From positions 5,446,708 to 5,510,707 of the forward strand of contig CAVNZM010000017.1 in NCBI GenBank assembly GCA_963693365.1: a stretch of 64,000 nt of DNA, in the 5' to 3' direction. A program made the translations under genes and the position numbers. The notes beneath the pieces are model-generated. The model made no database searches. It was not told the origin of the DNA and saw only the letters and a list, made by a program, of their open reading frames with translations. Source of the DNA: Amoebidium appalachense (lineage: Eukaryota; Protista; Ichthyosporea). Position 1 is the stretch's first letter. Each line of letters opens with the position of its first letter. This document shows positions 24,089 through 54,860 of the stretch, in pieces.

Positions 24089-24797
24089 GGGGGGGGGGGG
24101 GGGGGGGTCACAGTTTGTGTGTGCGTGTGCGCGCACACGTGCACGTGCATGTGTGTGCGCCTGCGTGTGTGTGCGCAAGCGCACACGTGTGCATTTGTGT
24201 GTGTGGCCGCGGCGTGTACATGTGCGGCATATGTGAGGACGGGAGGGGATGGGGATTACATGTATGTGCCATGGGTGAGACGAGGGGTCGGGGGAGGGGG
24301 GGGGGGGGGGGGGGGCTGACTTTGTCGCCTCTGGGTGCCTGTGTGGAATACTACTTTTTAATAAATATAAAGTTTATTTCCTCACACATTTTTGTCCCAC
24401 TTATTTACGTCCTGCACATACACACACATTAATCCCCCCCCCCCCCCCCCCCCCCCTCCCCCCCCCCCCCCACCCCAGCCCTCCTCCCCCAACAACCTTT
24501 TCCACCTGCACACTTTTTTTTTCTGAACCTAGTGATCTCTTCAACGGAATAAGGGAGGGAAAAAAGGAGGGGTGTTGAGCGATTCAGCCGTGGTACCAAC
24601 CATCCCTCTGTGGTACACTTGCCGACATTTCTATGGGGCTCGTAGCATAATTATGAAGGCACATGTCGTAGAGAAACGACTTCTGAATTCTTAAATTATG
24701 CTATGTGCATGCACGCACAGTGTGGCAGATATAAATCCCGCAACACTTTCTTGCTACCCTGGGCATGGGGGATAGGTAGCTCCCCGTGGGGTTTTCT

Positions 24798-24844
<47 letters not shown>

Positions 24845-24983
24845 CATCTTTTCTTCACCCATTTTTCACAGAGTAACTATGCAAGCTACTAACAATGCCT
24901 AATAGTAATCTAAAGGAGGGGGAATCTATCAGGCCCCCCTTCCCCTCCCCCCCCCTCCCTCCCCCCTTTTTGCCCCCCCTCCA

Positions 24984-25132
<149 letters not shown>

Positions 25133-26299
25133 TGCCCCCTCCCTCCCTTTCCTTTACAATGGAGTCATCCCTTTGCTTCGCTTACTTTGTCTAACTGTCT
25201 CTGTGTTCAACCCCGAAGTTATTTCATGTATCTTTTAAAGCCCCGGTTTTGCGTTTTTTAATATTTTTCGAGAGTCTTTCGTTTCCTCCTTGCCATGCGA
25301 TCGCAACTTTCTTCGCTTGTCAACTTCTGATTCCTTTTGTTGTATTATAAAGGTTACTCCGAGTTCTCCCTATCCCTCTCCTCCCTTCCCCCCCCCCCTC
25401 CCCCCCCCCCCCCCCCCCACCCCCACCCCACCCCCACCCCCTCCTCCCCCTCCCCCCTCCCCCTCCCCCTCTCCGGAGTCCATTTACCTTCTCCCCGCCC
25501 TGTTTTCCTTGTCTTTCTTTCTTTCTTTGTTCTTTTTCCTTTTTCTTTTTCCTTTTTTTTTTTTTTTTTTTTTTTTTAGGGGGGGGGGGGGGGGGGAGGA
25601 AGGACTAGGGAGGGGGGGGGGGGGGAGGGGGGGGGGGGGGGGGGGAGGGGGAGGACGGGAGGAGGAGGGGACGAGGGGATCGAGGTGGTGGAGGAGGGGG
25701 ATGGGTAGCATCCCCGCGCGAAAATATAACCATTCACGTTTTGGACGAATATGTACGAGGAAGGGGGGGGGGAGGGGTGGAGGGGGGGGGGGGGGGGGGG
25801 GGGGTATTCTAACAAAAAATGTCATACTAGAGGGACATTGTTTTCCTTTACGACGGCATGCTTGCAGGCAGCCAACTCGTTGATACATAATTCCCCCCCC
25901 CCCTTTTTTTTTCACATCTACTTTACAACTTAAGGCTGCCACCGAGATATACATCCATAAAAATTTAACTGCCACGATATGGCGGCACTGAGTACAGAAT
26001 TCAATTCATTAAATACACAATTGCTGCTACACCGTGAAAGGTGTTAAAGTTGGATTCTTGTATTTATACCAAACACGAAAACATATAAAAACCGTTCTGA
26101 TGAACTGTTTTATGAACTATGATTATCATGAACTAAATTTGTTTAGCTCAACACTACTACTACCATCGTAAGTATCACCTGAATATAGATAGACACCGGC
26201 AAAATTGTGGATCCATCATAAGCTCACAGGCTGTAACAGGTACACTGTACGTCGCCCACCGTTGAATACTAATATATTTGTGAATCTAGTACTATATCC

Positions 26300-26531
26300 A
26301 CCCACCGGCGTGGCTGGGGTGAATACCCTGGGCCAAGTGTACATGTGTGCAAATAGTTGAGATTGTTAAGGGTGTGTTAGCTTAGCTAATAATACCGGAG
26401 CACCCTAGCTAGAGTATGTACTGTCGGTGCTGGGTGGAAGACGGTAGTTCATTGAATGACCATGAGGTCCCCGAGAGGTCCCTCGGGGAACAAAACGAGA
26501 TAAAATAATATAAAAAATAATAATAAAAATA
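26300..26531 (+). mobile_element. A-tailed SINE-like (or LINE 3'-end) repeat, copy 1
   Basis: About 200 nt highly similar to the reverse complement of 58825-59058; both start ACCCACCGGCGTGGCTGGGG and end GGGAACAAAA..GATAAAA plus an A-rich tail. Confidence 0.8.
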
Positions 26532-26619
26532 ACACGTATTATATCCAATAACTTGAAACGTTAACAGCATCTAATTATCTGTTCTCGTCATAATAGTCCC
26601 AGCCTGTCTCTAGGCCAAC

Positions 26620-27534
26620 CTATTCAGAGCAGATGCTCATAAGCTCGATCCCGTACTGATCGGTTGCAGGGACATTAGCGAAAGTGCCCAGCTGGTCAAA
26701 GGGCTCAGTGGTCTGAACACCATTGACGTTGTAAACCAGACGAGGGTTTCCGGTAGGGAAGTTATACACATCACTCTCCCACCCCTTGGTAAACAGGTAG
26801 TTGTTGTGCCCACAAAGCTTTCCTTTGTCAGATTTCAGCGCCGCATTGATGATATTGCGATTGGCCTTTGTGAGCGTAAGCAGCCCTCCGGCACCAGTTG
26901 AAGACTTGGCGTTCTGACGGCAGTTCGCATCTCCGTCTACGCGGTTTGTTGCCTTTTTCGTGACAATGAAAACCCCCGGGACGCCGATATCGCACCGGAA
27001 GGAGGGTCCCTGCTCGGGCCAGCCAGTGCACAGCGCGTAGTTCTCAGGGTTGGCCCAGATGCTGACGGCTCCCACCTCTCCATTCACATAGCTGTCGCCT
27101 TGAAGCTTGGGGGCGACAAGGGAAATACCCTCAGGCGCCGACTTCTTGTAGTCGTCATTGTTCCAAAATTGAATCTTTGCGTGCCTCCTCCCCTTAAGGT
27201 AGAGGCTGGTTGTATCGTCGGGAACACACTTCATGATTGTGCGGACAGCCGTGTTCCAGTTGCTAGTCGGGAGGGCTGTCTGGGGCCCAATCTTAGCCAC
27301 ACCAGTTAACCCCTTTACGCTTTTGCATGCAGCCTCGTAGGTCTTGGTGCAGTTAAGGGCTTCCTTGGTCTTCAAAACGGTAAACTTGAACTTTTCACCG
27401 TCAATGACGTCGCGGCTCGTGCAGTCATTCTGTTCAACGGTGACGGAGGGGGACGATGCTTTGGCGGAGGGCTTGGCATCCACCGCGAGGGTGGCAGCCG
27501 CAAAAATAACGGCGACAAGGGCGCTCATTGGCAT
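26620..27534 (-). CDS. Intronless secreted protein (~304 aa) with two divergent C-type-lectin-like modules
   Basis: Signal peptide MPMSALVAVIFAAATLAVDA|K. Two modules have the pattern F-x-V...A-x-C...L...C...W...[LI]C (YEAACKSVKG..WN..NYALC and DANCRQN..GLLTL..LC..KGW..MSIC). The fold call is by eye only. Confidence 0.75.
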   Translation of the reverse strand: MPMSALVAVIFAAATLAVDAKPSAKASSPSVTVEQNDCTSRDVIDGEKFKFTVLKTKEALNCTKTYEAACKSVKGLTGVAKIGPQTALPTSNWNTAVRTIMKCVPDDTTSLYLKGRRHAKIQFWNNDDYKKSAPEGISLVAPKLQGDSYVNGEVGAVSIWANPENYALCTGWPEQGPSFRCDIGVPGVFIVTKKATNRVDGDANCRQNAKSSTGAGGLLTLTKANRNIINAALKSDKGKLCGHNNYLFTKGWESDVYNFPTGNPRLVYNVNGVQTTEPFDQLGTFANVPATDQYGIELMSICSE

Positions 27535-28553
27535 TTTTCTCTGGGGTTTCAAACAAGCAGTTGTGTAAACGTTGTCGAAGGTTTGTCTGAAACTGAGAGC
27601 TCGGATGAAGCGCGGTGGTGCCACGGACCACGGTATGTAGCCTAACTGTAAAGACAGAAGACCTTTGTGATTGGATCGTAAGGGAGGATAGATCTGACGG
27701 TGGTAAACTTCGTGAATTATGATGTCCCAATCCAGCAATCGACGAGGCGATGGCATGATCTTGCCAAGTGCGCGTAGTCACCTGATTAGCTATAATTAAA
27801 GTTAGTTTGAGGTCATAAACGTTTTTATTTAATTGATTATTGAAGGTGCTATATAAATATAGTATCAAAAAACACTAAAATTCCACGATGTTTTACTTAA
27901 ACAGTGCCCGCTTTGGTCATCTAGAAGTGCAAATCTACCACCCCCTTCTAAATCTGGATCTAATCACTAACTATTGGTTTCTTTCAGCAAATAAGTTTCT
28001 TTAAAGCACTTTATCGTCTAAAAAAGCATAGATTATGTAGATCTGGAAGTCACAGGCCCACATCCCACACTGACCTCAGTACTAATAATGCCACTATATA
28101 TGTGCTGACAGACGGGCAAAAAGGGCAAAAAAAAAAAAAAAGGAAAGGAAAGGAAATTGGGCAAGCTGGCACAGCCGAAACTGTACCACGATGGTTGCCT
28201 GCACATTTTTGTTATTGCAGCTAATAACGTTGATCGAGGTCGGCAGGCCTAGGGCAGTGAGCTAGTTCAGTGACGTATGTACATACATATGTATCTGATG
28301 CATGTCACGCACGCGTGCGCACATTTACTTGCAGAGGTGTATGCACATGCTATGTGTCACGCGTGCCTCGCCAGCAAAACAGATTTTTCCCTTCGTGACT
28401 CGTGTGAGTAGAGACACGAAAGATCCCGAACTTTGCTGCATACTCCGGATCGGATGGCACCATATATATGGCGGACATATCACGCATATGGCCATGTGCC
28501 GTCCGTTATCACGTACATAGATTGTGCACATGCACGTGGTTATGATCACGATA

Positions 28554-28747
28554 TTTTTATTTTATTCTACCACCTTTTGTTCCCGGAGAGCCTTTTCAGG
28601 CCCTCTAGGGAAACTACCCGTCTACCGCACAGCACCGACAGTACACGTGCACTATCTAGATATGTCTGAGTTCAGCTTATAACGCTCCAAATCTTCTACT
28701 TTGATAATTAGACCATCCTAACTATAAGTACACACTTTGCCCAGGGT
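28554..28747 (-). mobile_element. A-tailed SINE-like repeat, diverged copy 2
   Basis: TTTTGTTCCCGGAG...ACTACC(C)GTCT..CAGCACCGACAGTAC...ATCCTAACTAT...CACACTTTGCCCAGGGT matches 58880-59035. Confidence 0.7.
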
Positions 28748-29167
28748 TGCTATTATGATCACGAGATAAGATGTACGTATACATACATACGTATCCTTAT
28801 GTGATATTCATGTCCCGGCTGATAAATAGTGTATTTGGTAAAAATATATCCTGGTGCGTGTGCAATGCATAACCGTTTCTTGGTCGACTGTTGGCAATCC
28901 ATATGTATCAATCGAAATGCTGTTATATTTATCCCGCCGTCAAAGCTACTGCTGCGTCTTTTCGGTAAGTTCAGTTGGTACAAAATACTATTCGACACAC
29001 GTAAGGAGGCTAATAAAATTTGCTGATGAGTCCGTAAGAATATAAAAAGTTTGAAGGTTTTGTGTCACATCGAGTCCTTCGAAGTCACCACATGCAGCCA
29101 GCCTGCAGCCAGCTAGGCCAGTAACGCGGCATGCGCCGCGCCGATCAGCTGGGCTGGTCAATGAGTT

Positions 29168-29284
29168 ACCAATCGCAAGCAGGTAAAAGTAGCCATAACA
29201 AGCTTATCAGTGGCTCATCAGCAGCAGTGACAAACTTGGGCCAATCAGAAAATACCGAAGGCACCTGACGTCACCGTGACGTAC
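29168..29284 (+). promoter_or_regulatory. LSG1 upstream region with CCAAT boxes and a CRE-like TGACGTCA plus a half-site
   Basis: CCAAT at about 29169 and 29241; CTGACGTCACCGTGACGTA at 29265-29283; about 250-370 bp upstream of the ATG. Confidence 0.4.
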
Positions 29285-29534
29285 TTGGCCGATACATGTG
29301 CATGTGGGCTGGGATGTGAAAGTACTTTTACTTCAGTTTTGCTGTAATTACTTCACATCTTTATAGGGAAAGCACAGTATACTTAGCTGTTTGAGTGTCT
29401 GTTTTTTGTCTAGGGTTACACCAGTGTCAATTAATTACTTGACTTATCAGCGGCACCTGGACTATAGAAGCTATTATTCACGCTATTTTTCTTCAGAGCG
29501 GGCACTTGTATGCTTGCATCTACAGACAAGCAAA

Positions 29535-46560
<17,026 letters not shown>

Positions 46561-46726
46561 AATGGCGGCGAAAAGCGTGTGGTTTGTGGTTTGTGTCCGG
46601 TTGTGTGTTTCGCAGAAGTATGGAAATGCTAGCTATAACAGGCAACTGGAATATATTTTTTTTGGTCATAAGAAGATGTACTGTGTACGGCATCCTTTCT
46701 TCTGCCGTTCCCACATCCACCAGTTC

Positions 46727-46870
46727 GTTTTCTCAGTATATATCTTTTTCTCCACACTGTTTCTCCTTTTTCCGTTGTTGGTTTCTTTTCTCAGTATATA
46801 TCTTTTTTATCAGTATATATCTTTTTCTCCACACTGTTTCTCCTTTCTCCGTTGTTGGTTTCTTTTCTCG
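46727..46870. repeat. Imperfect tandem duplication just downstream of the LSG1 stop (likely 3' UTR)
   Basis: TCAGTATATATCTTTTTCTCCACACTGTTTCTCCTTT.TCCGTTGTTGGTTTCTTTTCTC occurs twice, with a partial unit between. Confidence 0.85.
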
Positions 46871-47137
46871 CTTCTTTGGCGCGTTTGCTTATCGTTCTTC
46901 TATTTTTCAGCTGTTAGGTTTAGGTGTGTGGAAAAGATAACGGCGGAAACAAATCTGCACAAGCCCCACACCTTCGCTCTGTGTTGTATAAAACATGATC
47001 ACCCATTCTTCACAGGCATTTAGAATTCCGGATTTTTTGGTTAGAAATCACTTCTTTTCTTTAGAGATCGGCTGTTGGTGTTTGGCAGGGACATCTTGTA
47101 TGTATATGAGGTTTTGCTGACTGCGCGACCCCGGAGG

Positions 47138-47172
<35 letters not shown>

Positions 47173-48050
47173 GGTACTCGGTATGCATATGGTGTTTAGT
47201 TAGAAACATTACAGTTGTTTGAAAATTACAAAGAAAAAAGGCATTCAAATTTCATACTTGGTGCGCATGCGGCTGGCTGGGCCGGCCTTCAATATGATGA
47301 CACACGCTTCCCGGGGTTCTCTCACGTCTATCCCCCCTTGGTCCCATATGTATGCTGGTGTAAGGGACCTTCCTTTTTCTGAGTCATCTTAGTACAGACT
47401 ACATGTGCCATGTTGCACACGTGTGATGTACATTGGTGTGTGTGTGTGTGTGTGTGCGTGTGTGTGTGTGTTTTTGGGCGGGCGGGGGGGGGGGGGGGGG
47501 GGCTGTGTGTTCGGGTGAGACAGACTGAGTGACTGTGTGTGTGGTGGAGCCTTTTGACGTGACACTGTGCGTGTCGTGGTGGTGGGTGAGTTCGTAACTG
47601 GAAGAATATAGACGTGCCGGTGAAACGGGCAATACTGGCTTATCAAAACCCGAAGGTGGGTTAAAACGGAAAGGGCTACGATTATTAGGCATCAAAACAT
47701 AACTCATTTGCAGAACCCTATATGTAGCGTAGCTGTGGTTCAACTAATTTGGAACTGGTATGCGAGCTTACCCCGCAACAAGACAAATTCACATTCACAA
47801 ATGAAATATTATGTTTAGGAACGTACTCCGACACGGATACTAACACCAGGCATGCATATGATGAACCCTTATTACACATACACATACACACTCACACTTG
47901 CGCGTGCATGCACATACAGCCTAAGACATACGCCAAGCTTTCTTGGCGTTCGTTCGCACGGGCATGCATGTGTGTACATGAAATTTAGGACCACATCATA
48001 ACCCTTCTCTGCGTTCACACGTGTGTTGCCCATGATATCTATAACACACT

Positions 48051-48243
48051 CTAGGCCTTCTTTGTGTTTTTCATCTGGATAGCCTGAAGTGCCGTCATAA
48101 CGACTGTGTTGTAGATATCTGCGGGTGTGCAGCCGCGAGAGAGATCGTTGACGGGCTTGCGGAGACCTTGAAGAAGAGGGCCCATAGCAATGGCACCTGT
48201 ACGTAGGGTAAAGAGGTGAGACCGTCGGTCGATTACAGTGAAC

Positions 48244-48284
<41 letters not shown>

Positions 48285-48640
48285 CTTTGTATGTGAACCC
48301 GTGTTGATTTTGAGCTTTGGGCGTGTGGAATTGCGGGGATGGAGAATCGGAGATGGTGATAGTCGGGAGAGAGCGCGGAGGGAATGGTTACGCAAATTGG
48401 CGGAATAAAAGGAGGGGGAGGCGGGGAGGGGGGAGGGGGGAGTTATGTGATCAGTTACGGTGTAGGCTAGTGTGTGACGTGGGAGATCATTGTATGTATG
48501 TGTGTGTTTTTACGAAGTACGTTTTAACGAAGTACAATAATCCTGAATCGGGTAGCATAAATTTAAACGGGCATGCAAAATGGACACAACCACACACGAG
48601 TACGAAACATGCAACACACCCAGTGCTTTCGTGTGTGTGT

Positions 48641-48693
<53 letters not shown>

Positions 48694-48997
48694 GGGGGGA
48701 GAGAGAGAGAGAGAGGGAGGAGAGGGGGAGGGAAATGGGGGGGGGGGGGGGGAGGGATAAACATACCAGTAGCCTGTTGCACAGCCTTGTACGTGTTGTT
48801 TCCAGTGTTGAGGTCAGGGAAGATAAGCACATTGGCCTGGCCAGCAACATCACTCTTACCCTTGACCTTTGTCTTGGCTACAGACATGTCGACTGCTGCA
48901 TCGTACTGGATGGGTCCCTCGATGGGCACTGAGGGGTTGATTTCTTTGGCGAGTTCGGCTCCCTTGCGTACCTTGTCGACTGGGGGTGGATGTGTGT

Positions 48998-49067
<70 letters not shown>

Positions 49068-49894
49068 AGGGGGGTGAGAATGTGGTACGGTTTGGGAAAA
49101 AATCACAAGATTGTTTTGTTTGGGTTGCTCAGTATGCGGATAAACAAGAAGAACATAAGGCACAAAAAAGGAGAGCCGGAAAGCTTATTCAGGGGGAGAA
49201 GGGGGCTGTGTGTGTGTGTGTGGGTGTGTGTGTGTGTGTATATGTGGGGGGGGGGGGGGGGGGGGGGGGGGGGAGGGAGGGGGGGGTAAGGGGAAGGGGT
49301 CAAGGACGAACGAGGAAGTTTATGGTGTGGGACAGTGTTGGACTAAAGCATGGGGAGGCGGAAAACTCATTGTGTGTATGTATGTGTGTGTGTGTGTGTG
49401 TGGTGGTCGTGGTGGTGGTGTGTGTGTATGTGGTTGTGGTGTGTCTAAGAGAATGAGGGGGAAAGGAGGAGGAGGAGGGGGGGGGGGGGGGGGGGGGGAA
49501 TAAACATACTCAGTGGGCCGCTGTTAGAGTCACCTGTGGCGTAAGAGAGCATAGCCACCTTGGGGTCGATGCCAAAAGCAACGGCAGTCTCAGCACTGGT
49601 CAGGGCAATTTGGGCTAGTTCCTCGGAGGTGGGGTTGACGTTGATGGCACAGTCACCGTATACCAGCACCTGAAAACATGGGTTAGTGGAAGGGTGTGTG
49701 GGGAGGAGGGTGGGAGGTGGAAGGGAGGGAGGGAGGGAGGGAGGGAGGGAGGAGGGAGGGAGGGGGTGGGGTGGGGTGGGGTGAGATGGCGCGGCCGGGG
49801 GGGGGGGGGGGGGGGGGGGGTGAGGATGAGGGGGATGAAGCGTTTTGCTGATAAAAGAGGAGTTGCGTGCCTCTAATCCCTTATGTTGTATACG

Positions 49895-49937
<43 letters not shown>

Positions 49938-51819
49938 CCAAAGATTTTGTAAACGTCGTGTACATGCGTGCGTGTGCGTGTGAACACCCCTGTGTGTGTA
50001 TGTGCGTGTCCCACGGGCGCAATGGCCAGGGTCTGCATCCCAAAGACCCACCTTATCAGGCAGAAGCATGAAGAACACGCTCGACACAACCGGGCGGTCG
50101 GGGCGAGACTTGATCAGCTGCAGTGCCGGGCGCACAGTGTTTGCAGTGGTGTGGATGGCACCGCTAACCATGCCGTCAGCATCACCCGTAGCAACCATGC
50201 ACGTGCCGAAGTAGGTTAAGTCCTGTGCAAGATCCATAGCCATCTCTTCGTTGACTCCCTTGCTCTTGCGCTGGTCATAGATGAACTGTAGAGTTGAAAT
50301 TGTGTGTGTGTTGGTGAGTTTACGAGGAAAAAATGTGAATGTGTTGGTGAGTTTACGAGGGAAAAATGTGAACGTGTTGGTTGGCTTATGAGTGTAAGGG
50401 TCATGCGCAAACATAAACATGCACCAATATAACCCGCAGCAAACATAGCAAGATCTCATGAGGTTTGGGAACGAGGAGGGGGGGGGAGGGGGGGGTTATA
50501 CTAGAGGGTGGAGGAAAAACTTCACCAGGTACAATGGTTCACGAGTAAACATGAACACACAAAAAAAGCAGCAACTTAGCTATCCATGAGGGGGCGAAAG
50601 GGAGAGGGAGAAAGGGGGGGGGGGGGGGGGGGGGGGGGGTGAGGTATATGTACACCACACGAACACGCACGCTCGCGTGTTGATGCAAACATCATGAAAA
50701 AGAAGCAGACATGTAAGGATGGATCAGGCGTATTCATTACCTGGGCATACTTCTTGGTGATGGGGGAGGTGGCGGGATCGACAATCTTGGCCTTGGAAAG
50801 GTCCAGACCGAGAGTGGATGCCATCGAGTTGACCTTGTCCACAACACCTGAACCATGTGTATGTGAGTATACTGAAGATGGTAGCAGAGAGAAAAAAAAA
50901 GGGGGGGGGGGGGGGGGGGGGGGGGGGATGGATAGTGATCCTTTTTATACAATCACCTAAACGACTACCATCAGTTAATAACACATGTAAACCATCTATA
51001 CGAGATGTGGAGTCTTATCCGTGATATTTTCCCCCTCTCTTTCTGAAAACAGGTGGTGGGTGGTGGCACGTACCGAGGATAGTCAGGTCCACGACATTGT
51101 GGTGAAGCAACTGGGCAGCAGCCTAGAGGGGTTAAAGATAAGTGTCAGTAACATCGGTTGTTTTTGAAAGAGACATGCCGTTCAATGAACACGTCTACAG
51201 TCATCAAATTGTATCAAAGTTACAATTACCCATCAGCTTTGCTATACACATTACCGTTGGCTTTGCTAATATGCAAAAGTGAATAAACTGTACAAAGTTA
51301 CAACATTCCGTCAGCTTTGCTACAATAACATATTGTTACTTATTGGCTTTGCTATACACGCAATAGTGATCAAACTGGGTAAATACGACACATGCAAACC
51401 CGAAAGCACTACCCGCACACACACACATCAAACCCACCTGCAGAATACGCTTGTCCTCTCCCTCTGGCAGCACCACATGCTGCTTGTTTCTCTTGGCCAT
51501 CTCCACCAGTGAGTGCTGGAACAGCTTGGGTGTCACGCGCTTGAGCCTCTCCTGCAAACAGCAACAGAAACGTTAGAAAACGAAGTGTCATGGCCCCACC
51601 CTGACATGATTTATCATCCCTTCCCACCCTGCCCCCCCCCCAATAAAAAAGAACTCCCTATACAACACCATGATCAACCCCCTCCCCCGGGCCACCAGTT
51701 TACCAGCCGTTCTCGGAAGCATAAAAACGGAACACATCACCAGGGGATGGGGAAGGGCGGGGCTTCTGTGCGTGCATGTGTGTGTGTGTATGTATGTCTG
51801 TGTGTGTGTGTGTGCGTGT

Positions 51820-51855
<36 letters not shown>

Positions 51856-53205
51856 TGATCCAACACTTCTAAGAAAAAGGAGGGGGGAAAGCTAGAGAAG
51901 GAATAGCATAGGCCCGTAGAGGTATAGCGAGTGTTGTGTACCTGAGACAGCAGACGGTTGATAGCCTCCGAGTCCACATGGTCGTTCCACATGCGGATGG
52001 CATGGTCGATCTTCTTGCTGCTGGTGGGAAGGATGTTGGCCTTGACCTGAAGAACAAAAACGTGATTTTAGCATCGTGTTGCGTGCATTGGCAAATATGA
52101 ATCAGAAGATTGGGTGTTTTTTTTTGTGTGTCTGTTTGTGTGTGTGTTTGTGTGAGCCCACGGGGGTTTATGCATGTTTGTAAGGTGAAAGGGGTACGGA
52201 GCCGCGGCGTCCGAGGGGGGGAGGGGGGGGGGGGGGAGGGAGGAAGAGGGGGGAGGGGGGAGGGAGGAGGGACTGCTTTAGTGTGTTTCCTTCAGTGCAT
52301 ATGCATGTCGAAAAGGGGCAAAATGGAGGGGAGGGAGGAGCACAGCAAAGAATAGCGGCATTTACCTTGCTGGCGATGGTTGCAGTCTGGAACGTATCCG
52401 GCTCAACAATCATAACCTGCACAGCGGAAAAGTTATCAGTAAACCTCCTTACCACAGACCGCCCCACCAAAAAACAGACCAGACTAGATCAAACAACGGA
52501 TCGCACCCCACCCCGCAGAAACAAAGACCAAGGCAAAGAACAGCAACGCAACATGCCTTACCTAGACCAAAACCAAACTCACTACCCGACCAAAACACAA
52601 GACTAAAAGCCAGAAAAACAAACCACATACACCACACCTGTAAACACACCATCCTCCCTCTCTCCTAAGCAACGGCACGTACCGGAAGTGTTTGCTGGTC
52701 AGGTGTCAGTCCCTGCATCATCTCATCGAAGTACTTGGGTGGGCGCATGCCACCGGTCAGAACAATGCCGGCAACCTGAGGCATGGAGGCTGAAGAGGTA
52801 ACATGCAATCAGTAACTGTCCACGAAACTTTCTGTCCTCGCTTTAGTAGTCTGCATGAACTCTCTTACTAAGCCAAAACCATCCCCCCCCCCCCCCCCCC
52901 CAAAAAAAAAAAAAAAATAAAAAAATAAAAAAATATAAACAAAATAAAATAGAATAAAATAAAAATATAAAATACAAAAGGGGGTACGGATTGATCAACA
53001 ACAGCTGACGGGGGGGGGGGGGGGGGGGGAGGGGGGGGGGGGGGGGGGAGAGGGGGAGGGGGGGGGGAAGGTTCGAAGATAGACAAATCATCGATAGATA
53101 TGGTCGGTACTTACTGGACTGCGCAGCATAGAGCAGACCCGTGAGGATATCGAGACGATCGGCAGAGGTGAAGATCTGTGGGCACACAACACATGTTATT
53201 ATTTA

Positions 53206-53253
<48 letters not shown>

Positions 53254-54829
53254 ACACACCCTCACCCTCCCCGCCCCTCTCCTCCCCTCCGCCACATACG
53301 ACGTATATATACCAGCAGATACAAGCACACCTCTCCCCCCCTCCCCCCCCCCCCCCCCCCCCCCCCCTAATACACACACAACACCGAATCCTGCACCCTC
53401 CAGGCTATCCCGTGCAAGTCCATTCTACGTACCAGTGGGCCTGCACCGGGTGTGGCCGGGAGCTTATGGATGTAGTTAAGCAGTTCGGGCAGTTGGCGGG
53501 TAGCAGCAACCAGCTGAGAAACCTGTTTGTTTGCAATCACACGTGTTACCATCTGCGGAGATTCTCTCTCTCTCCTCTCTCTCTCTCCCCCCCCTCCCCC
53601 CTCCCCCCCAACTACCCAAAAAGCCTAATCCACTCCCAATCCTGCAACAATTTGATTTTAGCTAGTCGAAAGGGAAAGTGGCAGGAAGGAAATCCCATTG
53701 CAATGCAAGCCAAGAGGAGGAAAGAAAAAAGGGAGCGACGTGTGGTCGACAAGGGGGGAGGGGGTGGGGGAGGATTGGTAGATGATGAAGTAGATCGAGG
53801 GTGGGGGTGGTGGGGTACAAGGAGGAGGGGGGGGGAGGGGGGCGGAGGGGAGAGGGGGGGGGGGGGGGGGGGTTACATCAGTGTCGGGGTTCTCAAAGTG
53901 ACCCTGGCCGTAGAGCATCTGGGCACTCAGAGCACTGGCAATCTCGTTAAGACGAACAGACCCAAGCATCCGGTCACGGGCAAGAATACCTGCAAGCTGT
54001 GAAAAACAACAGTGAGATTTTCAGTGACGCGATGTGTTTATTCCCGAAACACAAATAAGAGTTTTAATGTATGGGTGGTCGATGATAGATCGTGTACGAG
54101 TAGAGTAAAGGAAAGAAGTGTGTGGGCAAGTGTAACTTCAGGTTGGTGGAGGGATATGGTTGGGAGTTCGGCAGGCACCCGGCATATGTGGGTTGGGAAG
54201 CTAAAAGACGGGTTGGGGTGAGGTGAGGGGGATTTAGAATTCGTTGATAGAAAACGGTGCACACGAGGGGAGGATGTGTGGAAAGACTCACCGACATGCC
54301 ATGTTTCTCAAAGCGCTTCTTGCCTTCAACTGACAAAGGATGAACCAAGGCGCTGTGTAAAAAAAACAACGTCAGAAGGACAGCAAATGGGTCTTTTGCA
54401 TAGCATTATCATGGACTACATACACCACACCCAATTTTTGAGAAACAAACGTTGAAATGAAAAATTGGAAGACATCAGGCACTACATACACCCCACCAAG
54501 TCTTTTATACACAAAGGTTTTAGTGGACGTTTGGTATCATGGTAGCTCAGGGATAAGCAGCCAATCAGTAAGGAGGGAACACTCACGGGTCAACCTTGTT
54601 GCAGATGACGGTTTGCAGCTGAATCTTCTTGTTGTCATACTCCTGTGTGCCCAGCCCTGCATTAGCACCCCCTCCCCCCCCCCCCCCCCCCCCCCCAATC
54701 ACATCCCCTTCTTCCTCCAGGCCGTTTCCGATCTACTTGAAAATCTACTTGAAAATCCTCTCCTCCCCCCCCCCCCCCCCCCGCTCGGCGCCTCCCCCCC
54801 CCCCCCCACACACACACACACAACCCCCC

Positions 54830-54860
<31 letters not shown>

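Noticed and set aside
27535-27756. N-terminal 74-aa extension of the 378-aa ORF
   Set aside because: The signal peptide starts at MPMSAL (27534), after an AAAAATG context; the upstream part is probably 5' UTR.
29023-29050. Hammerhead-like CTGATGAGTCCGTAAG
   Set aside because: Stem II cannot close (GAAT instead of GGAC) and the GAAA core is missing; at most a dead relic.
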